A stretch of 64,000 nt of DNA, from assembly GCA_047495785.1 (NCBI GenBank), contig JBLDXI010000020.1, forward strand, positions 868,001 through 932,000, written 5' to 3'. Positions 1-12,466 of this stretch are shown here, in pieces. Below the pieces are notes generated by a model. It was given only the letters and a program-made list of their open reading frames with translations, was not told the DNA's origin and made no database searches. The position numbers were made by a program, and so were the translations under genes. Within the stretch, counting starts at the first letter, position 1, and each line of letters opens with the position of its first letter. This DNA is from Lepidodermella squamata (taxonomy: Eukaryota > Animalia > Gastrotricha).

Positions 1-804
1 AAACACGCCAATCCATCGATAGGTGAATGGGAAAACGAAGGCGGCAAACTCATTTGCGGTTACCTGGCTGGGCAAATATCGAAAGTCGTTAAAAATCGCG
101 CGTGTAAAGAAATCAGGAAGGCGAGGCCTCAGTTCGACCGAACCCGAAATATAATCGCCAGCAATAATACTCTCGGATCGTTAGTGATAACGTAGGTCAT
201 CGTTTTTGTCATTATTTCAGGCGATTTATCTTTATTTTGTTTGCTCTAGATCTGGACTAGTGGACTTTTTACCGTTTGACCCTCGCGTGGTTGGCGATAT
301 TCAGATTGCGAAAAGGTTCTACGCCGATATGGTTGCGGATTACGGAGGTTACGACGAGGTTCCAAGTCATTCTTTCTACATCCCCTGCTATTATTCGCGG
401 AAAACCGGCCGCGTAACTGCCATTAACGTCCCAGAAGTGCTGTCCAAGTATTTGAAAGCCCTCATTTTCGCCATATATCTCGATCTCGGCTGCGATGAAA
501 GTCGGTGTTTCAGCGTATTGGAACCTCTTTTGTTACCTCATCTTCGTAAGTTTATTAAGGAGGAGTTTTTTCGTTATTTTTTAATTATTTTTTTACAGGA
601 TTTTACTTCCAGCGAGAAGTCGTCGATCCAATCTGGCTGGCGAATCACCGTAAAATCTCGATGAGCAAAGAATTTATCGAAACTATGGCCGGCGGTTCGT
701 GTAACTTCAACCTTCGCCAAAAAGCGGCTGCGCTCAATCTGTTGTACGAAAGATTCGGCTTCACGTGGCCTTTCATGCTGCTCGTTGACGACGAACATAG
801 ATGA
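1..804 (+). CDS. 3' end of a Dicer-like protein: degenerate RNase III(b) domain (partial, runs off window start). Exons 1-191, 250-545, 599-804
   Basis: Spliced translation GEWENEGGKLICGYL...RNIIASNNTLGSLVIT|SGLVDFL...VPEVLSKYLKALIFAIYLDLG...VLEPLLLPHL|RF follows Dicer RNase IIIb blocks (QRLEFLGDAILDYL / RSALVNNTIFASLAV / VPKAMGDIFESxAGAIYMDSG). Two GT-AG introns of 58 and 53 bp keep the frame. Confidence 0.6.
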
Positions 805-2399
805 TTATTTAGTAAAAAAAATGACTTTCAATATAATAACTGACATTAATATAATTTCAACCTGGCAGATGCTAAATTTTGCGCCCGGTGGCCGCACCGG
901 AAAATTTAGCATCTCTAGTCAAAAAAATGACATAAAAAATTATGTTTTCTTAAAAAGCGCCAATATATTAACCGGTTTAACATGGATATAATATTATATT
1001 TTTCTAAATTAGCCGATAATTTGTGTCGTTGAATTCTTCTGCCGCGCCTTTTTTGGTTATAGCCCTCGTTATTGCACTGATAGAGCTTACTAAACCGCCG
1101 CTGCCAAAAAATTAATAATTTAATTAAGCCGTGCGTAATTGCGACGTGATGACGTCAAGGCATGCGTCACGGCAGCCTGTTTTGTTGATTTTTTAGCAGC
1201 TTGGTAGAAATAGGCCTATAGTCAAAACAAAGTATAACTCATCAACTGGCGAGGCTTGAGTTTAACGGTATTATTTATGTTCCCATTATACTATCTTTTA
1301 ATAATTGATGGATAGCGTAAAGTCAGACGCCTGCGCCTTTGTCCAATAATGTTGTTGTCAGATTATTTGTTAAAAAACTATTGACCAGCCTTTCAGCGAA
1401 TAGACGAGGTGTGTCAAACAATCAAACCTTGTGTGCCTTTTACTGTGTTCGGTGTCAAAATATGCATGCAACTGACTTTATTCTGATTTTCAATGAATAC
1501 TGTAAATAAGGTATGATCAGAGGTTGTTAAGTGATTTCTCTCGCTGTTTTATTCCGGAATAAAAAGAAATTATTTTTTATATATCTTTTTTGTCAACATT
1601 GAGGCATAAAGGTAGCATCCTGAATAACGCAACCCTCGACGCGGTGTGGCGGCTTATTTTTTATTATTATTATTATCTCCGCTAGATTTAGTCAGAAGTT
1701 GACTCTTCATCATGTAAAAAAAAACTCGCGGTTTTTCTCTACACGAAACGCCGGCACTTCATGCTTTTATATTTGGCGTTTATTCCCGTGTGCTGTACTG
1801 TCTCATCGTATCATTAGCGAAGCCGCAACAGTCGAGTTGAAGCTTGTTTATATCAGCTTGAATGTGACAGGTGACAGAAGATGTCTTTCGTGAAATATAT
1901 ACGTGCAACCTCCTCCTTTTTCTTTCCATCTGCCACCTTAAAGCTGATATAATAAAAAGCTTTTTCGGCGTCTCTTACGCTAATTTAGACAATCTTGTAA
2001 AAATTGAGTGTATGCATGTCTTAGTTGAATTAGGTCGATAGATGTTGCAGCATTAAGTCATTGAGCAATAGGTTAGATATGTGCACGTTATATCATGCAC
2101 CTGAGATTGCCCTTAAAGGCATTTACAACAGACAACTTGAAATAAAAATAGATTAAACGGAAGCATCGTAGCCGGTATTGAAGGTCGAGTAGATTGAAAG
2201 CGCCATTACCTTTGCTCCGTCAAAAAATTGTTTTCATCATCAATTTTATTAATCCCTTTAATAGCGCTTCCGGTATAATAAAACCTGAAACAAGACACTC
2301 GCTTCGTCGGTAGAAGTGACGCTTCTATTATTATTTATTTATTTATTTATGCAATAAAAATCAAATGAATTAATTTGAATAAATCTCAAAAACCAAGGG

Positions 2400-4674
2400 T
2401 TACTTTGAATTTCTCGCGCCGTTAAATTTCAGCAGCATTGAGCAGATGCGATGATGGCCGTTTTCTTTCGCCAACTGGAACGCCGTCTCACCGTCGCCGT
2501 TGACCTGTTCGACATCGAGCGACCCGATGTATTTCAGTAGAAATTCCACGCGTTCGGCGTCGCCACGAGACGCCGCCCAATGCAGCATGGTTTGGCCGAA
2601 TTTATCGCGCTCGTTCAGCACACTTTCGCACGCGGAACCAGCCATTTGGGCGATCAAGTACCGCGCGACTTCAAAGTGGCCGAAAACAACAGCTTTCATA
2701 ACTGCATTCTCGCCTGTGTCGCTCGTAACCGTGTCCATTCGCGCGTTATTGCCGATTAAAAATTTCACTATTTCTGCATAAATGAGAAATATTCATTATC
2801 TAAAAAGCCGCCTTAATTTTTGCAATACGCTGAAAAAGACCTAAAATTGTAAGAAAATTCGGGTCTTTCATAGTCGTTCTTCAGTTAAAGGAAACAGGAA
2901 ACAGGCTTAAGGTCCGATTGAGCCTACTTAGGTTGCTGAACTCTCCCAGGCTCTCCCAGGGTCCAATTGAACTTCTTAACATGCTTAAGGTCCGATTGGA
3001 CTATCCTCCCAGGGTTCAGCAACCTAAGTAGGCTCAATCGGACCTTAAGCATGTTAAGAAGGTTCAATTGGACCTTCAGCATCCATCATAGGAAGGTTCA
3101 ATTGGACTTTCAGCAACAGGTAGGTTCAATCGGACCTACTTAAAAACGTGGTGAAGCTATTCATTTTTTATGAAATTTCAGCCAGAAAAATTGTTAAAGC
3201 TCAAATTTCTATCAACAAATTGGAAATTGGATTTATTTTAATTTTCTATGCAATAAGTCTCAAATAGAAACATCACTCCTTTTAAATATTAAGGCTGCAG
3301 CCGTTGAAATAATTGGTTGTTCCCGAATTTGAATCCCGATCTAAATATAACTTTTACCTAAATAGCCACTGGCAGAGGCGGCCATTAGAGCCGTTTCTCC
3401 ACTTCGAGTTTGAGCATCGATGTAAGCACCATGCCGTAGTAGAAGTTTAACGATCAGCGAATAGCCATTTTGAGCCGCGAGATACAGCGCGAATTCGCCG
3501 TTGAATTTTGTCTTCGCGTCGACGCCACCCACCTGGCCTTCAATCAGCAGATAGCTAACAAGCTCCAACCACCCACGAGCACTCGCCCGCATCAGAGGCG
3601 TGAAACCGTCTTTATCGGGTGCTTCGAGCAAGCAACGCCGGCTGAGTAGTCGAGCAGCTTCGACATGGCCGTGATCTACAGCAATCGCGAATGGAGTCCT
3701 GCCGTCAAAATCTCTCGCTTCAAGATTAGCTCCTTGCTTGATGAGACTGTTGATCTCTTCGATTCTGCCACTTCTAGCCGCCTCGAAAATTAGACTAGTC
3801 GGCGACTTGCTTTCTAGGGGTGTTGCGTCGAGGAAATGAACGGCCTGCTTGCGAACATTCGGAACCGATTTTTGCCCGATTTCCACGGCTGACTGGGTTG
3901 TTCGTTTGAGAATCGATGGTTTAGTTGCAATGTTTGCTGGCCGGTTATTCGATTCTACACTGGCGATCTGTTGTTTAAGCTGGACTTCCTTTAATCGCCG
4001 CGCTAATTCATCTCGGCTATCCTCTGCGTCCTATTTAGATGAAACCCCAGTCTTCAATTTCATAAATTAGCGATTTATTATACCTTTAAAGTGGCTTCCA
4101 ATTTCGAGAATTTCTCGACGTAAGAATCTTCGACCTCTTGCAAAGATTTTTCTAGCATCTACCATTTGAAAGGTAGAAAGTAAAAAAGGAAATATAGGAT
4201 AATTGAGACTGACCTGGTTGATTGTTTCCAATTCTTGAAGCCGGCCATCAGCCACTACGCATAGGTGTTGCAAGCGTTGAACTTCATGCCGAGATGCCGT
4301 AAGCTGTTTTATCAAGTCAACATTAACCCGGCGCATTTCTTCCAATTCCTGTTAATTATGAAGAATTACATGGAAAAAAATCCCGATTCGAAGATTACTC
4401 TAAATAAACTTGGCTTTGCTAAAGACGAATCTAGCTGTTGCTTTAGGTAGGTATTGTTCGAGTTGGCTTCATGAAGAGCTTGTTCGCTTTCGGCCAATCT
4501 CCGTTCTAATGAGTCGATTGCAGCTTTTGATGCGTCCAATTCACTTGAAAGCTGTAATTAGGAATTAATTAAATCGAAAATCGAATAAGATTTAAAACAT
4601 GCCTCGTTGATTTGCCCTGATTTCGATTTCCGTGACCCCGAACTTTTTCTGCCGATTAATTGAAGGAATGACAT
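2400..4674 (-). CDS. Coiled-coil + ankyrin-repeat protein (about 6 exons)
   Basis: ATG at 4674. Heptad-rich exons (LSSELDASKAAIDSLERRLAESE, ELEEMRRVNVDLIKQL, MLEKSLQEVE) are joined by ~50 bp phase-0 introns, the first with a GC donor. About 8 ankyrin repeats follow (GRTPFAIA, GFTPLMRA, GETALMAA, GQTMLHWAA) in ORFs 3341-3886 and 2400-2768, joined by a phase-1 intron. Confidence 0.85.
2904..3140. repeat. Intronic nested inverted/direct repeat (foldback-like)
   Basis: GCTTAAGGTCCGATTGAGCCTACTTAGGTTGCTGAAC (~2904-2941) recurs as its exact reverse complement at ~3013-3050. AGGTTCAAT[TC]GGAC[CT]T units are repeated to ~3137. Confidence 0.8.
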
Positions 4675-5337
4675 TGCTAATAAAAAGATTGAAATTGCGT
4701 GACCTCAGCGAATGTAATAATCAAAGGTCACGTAGGCTGATTTATGAGTACGATTACAGCTGTTTGCGACCTGCAATGTTTGCTTTTCGTATTGAGAGCC
4801 TACGTGGATTCGTAACACCAAGATGGCATGCAGACCAAATGATATCGCCTTCTAAATATAAGTGTAAATATCCATTCTTTCAGTTAACATTTTTCCACTT
4901 CACTTATGCAGGCATTTTTGTAAATTTATTTATACCATTTAAATGTTGATTAAAGGCTCAAGCTCCACCATACAATTCAGTCCTAATTATTTTACCTGTC
5001 GACCCATTTTTTCCTTTCCGGAGTGAACAATTCGGAACAAATTTCAGGAATTATCCGGGTGGAATGGAGACATTTAATTGGCTCAATTCTTTTGAGTATA
5101 TATGGAAATGTTGTTTTTGCGATTATTTTACACGAGAACAGTGACTGCCAGTGCACAGAGCACATGAAATGTCCGTAGGTGCTCTGCTGTCAATGTAGTC
5201 AAAATCAACCTTTACTTGATGAAGAAATAACTGATTATCGATATCGTGTGAAGCGACTTTTTTATTTTACCTCCCTGAGATGCGGCATGTTTATTTTCCA
5301 GACAATCGGCTTTCAAGAGAAAAAATCCATATGTATA

Positions 5338-5871
5338 AATAAGGCCCTAGGGAAGGCTAGTTTCGAGGAAAAACTCACATAATAAGGCGAGGCGAAGCCG
5401 AGTCTTATTATGCGATTTTTCCGAGGAACTAGCCGTACCGTGGGCCTTATTAGACATATTACTCAAGGCGAAGCGTTCACCGTTCCCGATAAAACTGCAC
5501 TTTTAATGGAAAAATGTGACATAATAGGTGATTTTCTGGTGTGAAATGCGACTTTAAAAAATCAACCTTAAAACTGTACGATGAAAACGGCCTTATTGAA
5601 CGAATTTAATGCTGAAACAAGAAAAGTGATCTCGCTTCGCTCGAAGGGTTTCGAGTGCTTTTTCTCGCTTCGCTCGATGAAATCAGCGTCTCCTCGCTTC
5701 GCTCGGACGAAAACCTTGCCCCGTGATGCTCGCTGCGCTCGCGTTTCACGGCGGGGCAAGGTTTTCGCACCTTCGGTGCTCACTGTAAAAATTAAAAAAT
5801 CCCCCTTAAATAAGCGGTTTCTTATTATGCTTATTATGTTATTATGTGAGCTTCGCCTAGAGTAATATGTC
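5338..5871. mobile_element. Non-autonomous Crypton-like element (hairpin + inverted repeat architecture)
   Basis: Long hairpin 5338-5451 centred on GGCGAGGCGAAGCCGAG. Inverted repeat GACATATTACTCAAGGCGAAGC (~5453) / GCTTCGCCTAGAGTAATATGTC (~5849-5871). Internal TCGCTTCGCTCG repeats. Family assignment is by recalled resemblance only. Confidence 0.5.
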
Positions 5872-5913
5872 CCAGGTAGTGTCTTCTTAGCAACAACATC
5901 TTAAAACCACATA

Positions 5914-6432
5914 ACCGGAAACAAGTGAAAGTGGGGTTAAGCGAAATTTGGGACATCGCGAGACTTTTTATGCTACTTTATTCAAGGTCAATTAACGAGG
6001 AGCAGAACGATATCAATAAGAGGTATAGCATCACGGTTGCAGAGAAAATAGGCTTCAAAGTTTACGAACGAAAAATCCTAATTTAAAAAATGCGCACTTC
6101 AAAAATCTATTAGTTTTTTATTGCATCAGTTAATAATCCCTCACGCAGTAAATTCTGATGTTATTTTATTATGCAGATTTCGGCGAGGAATCTCGTTAGA
6201 TATTCAATAATATTGTTGGGATCAAGCTATAGGGTCTCTACGTTAACCTGAATCAATAACATATTTAAGGAAGAGGGGAGCATCCTAGAGGTCCGAAATT
6301 TGAAAATTTAAAATCATCAAGAAAAAACATCTTGGAATCAAAGAATCGTCCTAATTCGAGGGAACACACTTTTGCGATTTGCTGGAAAATACAGAAAATT
6401 CGCTAAATCCCACTTTTCGCAATTGTTACCGG
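5914..6432. mobile_element. MITE family A, copy 1 (~500 bp)
   Basis: Imperfect TIRs (ACAAGTGAAAGTGGGGTTAAGCGAA / TTCGCTAAATCCCACTTTTC). Internal sequence homologous to 47388-47925 and 62439-62900. Confidence 0.7.
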
Positions 6433-7205
6433 ACATATGATTGTAATGCGCAATTTGGTTTTTATATAATGCTAGATTATTTTCCAAACTATATAGCTCA
6501 CGCCGTTTACTCATAAGTGTGTAAGCCGTGAGTAAGCGTTTTTTCATCTAAAATTAAGAAGCCGGTAGCCGTACTCTCAAATATGAGCAAGCGTTTTTAG
6601 CTATTCCCTAATAAGGATGAGCCAGAAGAATTCGTGGCATTGACCAATGATCTAGGAATTCAATGACTTTCAAGAAAATATAATAACCCGGGTGTCGAAT
6701 TTTTTGGGATGTGCATCGGGAATAATCCCTGGCGCTTGACATTTCAAGGAGGAACTTGTTGAAATCTCTTGGTACTATACTGTTTTATCTAGAGGTCAGA
6801 AAAATCTATAATTTCCCGGATGACATCATCGCAATTGAGACTATGATGACGTGTATTGCAATAAATTCGTTATCATATTCGCAAAAACTACAGCTTAGTA
6901 CTTGCGTATTCGAGAGCGTGAAATGTATAAAACAAGGGAGCATTGAAGCGCGCACCTGGTTCGGCTCTTGAATAAATATGCGTGCAGTTTTACGCTACGA
7001 CTTCGACATGCGTATATTATACTATCATAGAGTAGAACGTAAACCACACGCGCGCCCTTACTAATAACCATTAGCCATGTTAATTTTAGATGAAAAAAGT
7101 TAGAATTTATAATGCCGTTCAGCTAAATCTGGCAAAAACTCTATATTATCTCGATTTTTTAGCTAAATTCCTACATACTTTTTCCTGTTTTTAGGGTGAA
7201 TACAA

Positions 7206-9252
7206 ATGGAAGAGTTGAAGCGGTTTGTGGGAAATGAATTTCTCGCAGATCTAGCACCATCCAGTGGGACGCTAAGGCGTCGAAACGAAATATGGCGGAA
7301 AGGTGCCTACAAACGGCCGAAAATCCACAAGGTGAACGGGCATCAATTGGTGGCGAAATTTTTCAGCGGCTTCACCTTTTGCGCCCACTGTACGGACTTT
7401 TTGTGGGGCTTCAACAAACAAGGCTATCAGTGCCAACGTAAATTTTACAAAATTTACCTCCGTAATTTATGCTTTTTTTCAGTTTGCAGCATCGCTGTTC
7501 ACAAGAAATGTCACGGAAAATTGAAAGCTGCCTGTGCGCAGAGTCCGGTTCCGTCGCATTTCGATAAACCGCACACTTTTCGGCCGAAAAATTACCTCCA
7601 CCCAAAATTTTGCAATCATTGCGGCCAATTTTTGTGGGGCCTCTTCAATCAGGGACTAAAGTGCAATTCTTGCCAAGTTGCTGTCCATTATGAGGTCAGT
7701 TTTTTAAACCTTGAAAATTAAATAATATTTAATAAAATAATACTATTTAATTTATAATAATTAATATTAATTTATTATTTTCAAATTGAATAATATTATT
7801 AATTTCTTCAAATTAGTGCGCGGAAAAAGTTGCGAAAAACTGCGGAATCCAACCGCAATCGCGAGAAGTGGCAGAATCTTTAAAATCAATACAATCCTCC
7901 TCAACGGCGAGAACTTCAGAAAACGACACAAGCCCGGTTTTTATTCGAAAATTTTATTTAAAAATAATTCAGCTTAATTTTTCTCAGAGCAGTGAAGAGG
8001 CTGGGTCGATCCCTTATTACGAAGATGGCAGTCGAAGTCGAACTAGTTCGATGATTTTCAGTGGAGCTTCTTCCCAGCAACCGGCCAAGCTTGGTTTCGA
8101 CGATTTCGAGCTTATAAAACTAATAGGAAAGGGCAGCTTCGGAAAAGTCTTCCTCGCAAAGCGCCGCAATAGTCCTAATAACGATGAGTTCTACGCCGTT
8201 AAAGCGATGAACATCAAATTCGTGCTGACAACAAATGACATCGAAACAACGCGGGTCGAGCGAAAAATCGCGCAAATGGCCACAAAAACCGACGCGCCCT
8301 TTCTGCTCAAAATGCTGTGCACTTTCAGGACCGAAGCCTACCTATGTATGACCCTCATCCTATTTCAATTAATTCACTTATTTCGATTGTTTTAGTTTTT
8401 GTGTTCGATTTTTTGTCCGGTGGAGATTTGATGTTTCACTTGAACCGGCGCGAGAAATTCACGCTGGAACAGACGCGATTTTACGCTGCTGAGGTAGTCG
8501 TCGCCTTAGGATTTCTCCATTCGAAAAACGTCGTATATCGCGATTTAAAACTCGACAACATCCTGCTAGATCGAGACGGGCACATCTGCCTGGCTGACTA
8601 CGGCCTGTGCAAGGACGAAATCAGCCCCGATAACTTGGCGTCGACGTTTTGCGGCACCCCAGATTACATAGCGCCAGAAATCGTCGAACAGCGCGACTAC
8701 GGCTTCTCGGTTGACTGGTGGTCGTTCGGCGTCATGATCTACGAAATGATGTCCGGTCAAACGCCGTTTTCCGGTATCACCGAGCTTGACCTTTACGGCG
8801 AAATCCTGAACCCGGAATTGCCTGACCTTAATATTATTGACGATGACTATTGCGCCTCGCTTCTTCGAGCCTTGTTCCAACGCGAGCCTATCAATCGCAT
8901 CGGGTGCCAAGGTCGAGATGCCGACGAGATCAGAGAGCACGCGTTTTTCGTACCAGCCATTGACTGGGCTCGCTTAGAACGGCGAGAAGTCAAGCCGCCG
9001 TTTGTCCCATCGCCGGACTATTTGCAAAACTTCGATAGGGACTACACGAATCCGACGATTCGGCTGACCGTCGAGTACTGCCGCACCCTGCGCCGAACTG
9101 CGCCGGACAGCCCGTCTCGCGAGCTCATGAACACAATTCCCCGCGATATGTTCGCTAATTTCAGCTTCACATGTCCCGATTATAAGTCACCGGACGAGCG
9201 GCGTCAGGTGGAAAAAAGCAACGAAATAGCTTCTGACCTATACAAAAAATAA
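7206..9252 (+). CDS. PRKCD: Novel-type protein kinase C, delta/theta-like (pseudosubstrate, C1A, C1B, kinase, C-tail); 5 exons
   Basis: RKGAYKRPKIH pseudosubstrate, two C1 zinc fingers, GKGSFGKV, YAVK, YRDLKLDN, ASTFCGTPDYIAPE, hydrophobic motif FANFSF. Four short GT-AG introns join ORFs 7206-7721, 7868-8395 and 8317-9252. Confidence 0.93.
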
Positions 9253-9309
9253 TGACCTAATTACACCATATTTTATTCGAGCCAAATAGAATGAAGATTT
9301 ATTTTCGAA

Positions 9310-10803
9310 TTATTTCTTTTTCTTGATTTTGTAAGGCAGTGACGCTGCTCGGCATAGCTGGTTGGAATCAGCCTCGACACTCAGGTGATTGCGGTTTGGT
9401 TCTTCCTCGACAGAGCTGCGTCGCGACGACGTCGTCGAGACTTCTCGCGTCACTTGCAAATAATTGCCGCCGGTGGGCGCCGCCGCCACTGTTTGCCTAG
9501 CCGCCGCCTTACCGCCCGATGATTGCTGCTTATTATTATTGCTAGCAGCGGGCTGTTTCTCATTTTTCACGACGTTCAGCTCAGGCACTTTTATAGAGTT
9601 GGATTTTCGCAACTGGCGTAGATCGAATCTCTGTTGAAAATTGATAAAAGTTCAAAAATTCAATGAGAGGTTTAAATTCGAACCGTTTTAGGATCCGGAA
9701 ATAGGTTCATAATTTTTTCCCGCAGGTAATCGACATGTATCTATATCACAAATTTCAAAAAATTATGAGGTATTCGTGGTGAAAATTCAACTTACGTTAA
9801 CTTGGTCCTCCATTTCGACGACTTTCAGGTGAGCTTCAGTCTCTAACAGGTCGAGTTTCTATAGAATGGAATGAGAAAAAGTGTTGAATATTTGCAGGTT
9901 TTAGGTTGTAGTTAAAAATGTGAATATCCTTATACTAATTTTGTTCCAGTTCTTTTCGCTATTTTTCATTTTCTTGATCGATATGATTCACTCAACACTC
10001 AACGATGCTATGACTTTTTAGTTTAATTAGCTACCTTGCGCCAACATCTAGGTAGAGACCTCTGATATATGAGAGAAATCGGTGATTTTTAAAATCGATA
10101 TTTTGGCTCTGAGGATGATGTATAACTCGTAAACGTAAAGCGCATAATAATATTACATTGAGTTCAGGCTATAAGAAAAACTCGAAAAGCCATGACTCAT
10201 CAGACTGGAACCTCAAATTTGCGTTGGAACTCCATATTCCTATTATGCCCTCTATCTCTAGGAAAGGAAAGGAAAGGAAAGGAAAGGAAAGGAAAGGAAT
10301 CGAGATCCTTGAAAAGCCTTCTGGATTTTCACCCGCCCCGATTTGACTTTCTCTACTATGTAGATCATTCAACTTTATTGAGGCTGACATTGCCAATTCA
10401 GATTCAGATTATCTATGTACAGCAGCCAATTTTTCTCAATAACTCGCAAATTCTCCATTACCTCAATGCGGTCCTCAATTTCAATAATGCGCTTGTGCAG
10501 TTCAGCCTCGGCGTCGATCAGCGTCTCGTAGAAAGCTTGCTGCGCCTTCTGAACCTTCGCCTTACACGAACAGGACGGCGAAGCGCCGAACGCCGGGCCG
10601 CTTGTCGCTAGCACATTGAGTTGCTCGCGGATAACCGCCGACGGCTGGTCGTTCAGCGGCTGATGGTGCACGCAGGCGTCGTGCTTGACAACGACGGCTG
10701 ATTTCGCCGCAGCGATTAGCCGACTTTGTATGTCATCCGGCACACTTTCTTTCTTGCCCCGCATAGGAGGCCTACCTGCCATATTAGGAGGTACGGAAAG
10801 CAT
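9310..10803 (-). CDS. Coiled-coil protein with disordered basic C-terminus. Exons 10803-10462, 9858-9796, 9740-9684, 9630-9310
   Basis: All introns are phase-0 GT-AG. Junction AEAELHKRIIEIEDRIE|KLDL and exon end LFPDPKT| match neighbouring paralogues. Confidence 0.65.
10261..10299 (+). repeat. (GGAAA)n microsatellite, ~8 units
   Basis: Direct reading; lies in the proposed first intron of the 9310-10803 gene. Confidence 0.95.
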
Positions 10804-11208
10804 TCAACGAGAAAAATAAGGCTCAACGCAAAAACTGGAATTCTCACACGAAAACACGAATTTTAATCAACCTTAATTATCAGGATTTAATTTGAAAATT
10901 AGCGATAATTTTCGTGCAATTATCTCCTACTTTATTCGGACATTTCGACTCGACATGAACAAGCCTGAGATTATCTGTAAAATTGATGCAAATTATCTCA
11001 TTTTTTCTTGATAGGTTTTTGAGGCATTGTGAATGACCGTGATCGCCGCGGCTCTACTGGAGCGCTGAATTGCGTCGCGAGTTGCTCGCGGCTGTTTTGA
11101 TGCTTCTGACGTTGGCTTCTGCTGAAGATCGCTCGCGAGGCTGGTACACTGGCAGTGCTGAGATTGCTGTCTCGAGGCGCCGGGCAAGTCACCTGGTGTT
11201 TGAAGTCA

Positions 11209-12094
11209 TTATGCTGCCTGTTCATCTTCGCACGCAGCTCTTGGCGGTCTCGTTCCGTCGCTGCCAGGAAAGCGGCACGCCTTACTTGTCTCCGATTTAA
11301 CCTCTGAGAAATATTGATAAAAAAATAGCGAACGTGTCCTTAAAATTATCACCTCCTCGGCCTCTGGGAAGGCTAACTCCACCCAATCCCTCAGCTTTTC
11401 ATCGCAGATTTTCAGGTGTGTTTCCACATCGGTGACGCCGCAATCAACATTAATAGCCGCTAAATCGATCAGCTGAAAAATAATTAAAAATTAACTTAAA
11501 TTAAATTAAATTAAAATTAATTAAAATTAATTCAAATGATTAAAATTAAAATTAAAATAATTAAATTATAATTATAATTAAAATTAATTAAACCTTGAGT
11601 CTGACTTCCATTTGGTCCAATCTTCGAGCAATTTCCTCCTCAGCCGATTGGATTGTGTCTTGAATAATGATCCTAGCCGCTTGACCCGTTGTTTTATGAT
11701 ACGCATGCGCATCTTCAAACTTGTCATCGTGGTGATGGTGGCAGAATTCCGTCACCTTGTGATGCGTCGCCTTACGAAAATGCTCCAGCTCGTGGTCCAA
11801 CTCAGCCGTTGCATCAGCGACACATTCGAGTTTCATCTCGCGCCGCAATATGCCAGATTTCAGCAACGCGACAGTTTCGTAAGCATTTTGCAACTCGAAT
11901 GTATCAGCTTTGCACTGAGAATTTCGTTTGGCTGATGAGAAGTTGACTTCAGCCGGGGCTGAACCTCGGTTGTTAGATACAACTGTCGAACGCTTGCCAT
12001 AGCTGACAATTGTTTTCCGAGCCCAGGTCAACTTGCGGTCGATGAAGTTCAACGTCTTCCGCCTTTGGAGGGTTGACGATTTTTTATGCTCCAT
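11209..12094 (-). CDS. Coiled-coil protein, paralogue of the 9310-10803 gene. Exons 12094-11594, 11472-11353, ~11301-11209
   Basis: AEEEIARRLDQMEVRLK|LIDL junction and ...LAFPEAEE| exon end; phase-0 GT-AG introns; first intron is TTAAA low-complexity sequence. Confidence 0.7.
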
Positions 12095-12466
12095 AATTAG
12101 AATGAAAATCACTGACTTAGGAATACGAAGCATTTTGAGTCTAATCGAATCATATTAAGGTTGATGATGGCTCGGTGATTTTGATATGATTTATAGTAAT
12201 TCATCCGTGATCTCTAGAAATCAGAACTAAAATATGTCATCAATCACGCGTAGGATTTTCAGCTTTTTGCGGTCTTCTAAGTCCTGTTTTATCGATTGAT
12301 ACACGTAGTCCCATATATAACAGCAGTCTGAGTTTATTGGAAAATGATAGTATTAATTACTTCAATGGAAAAATTGACCTAGCCGAATAATAATGAATCG
12401 TAAAAAGCTAAACAAAATGATTCAACAAAAAAGCTGCTCAAAGAAGGGCGAATTTTCAGTTAATAA

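Noticed and set aside
1150-1157. Perfect CRE palindrome TGACGTCA
   Set aside because: About one such 8-mer is expected by chance in 64 kb and there is no clear associated gene start.
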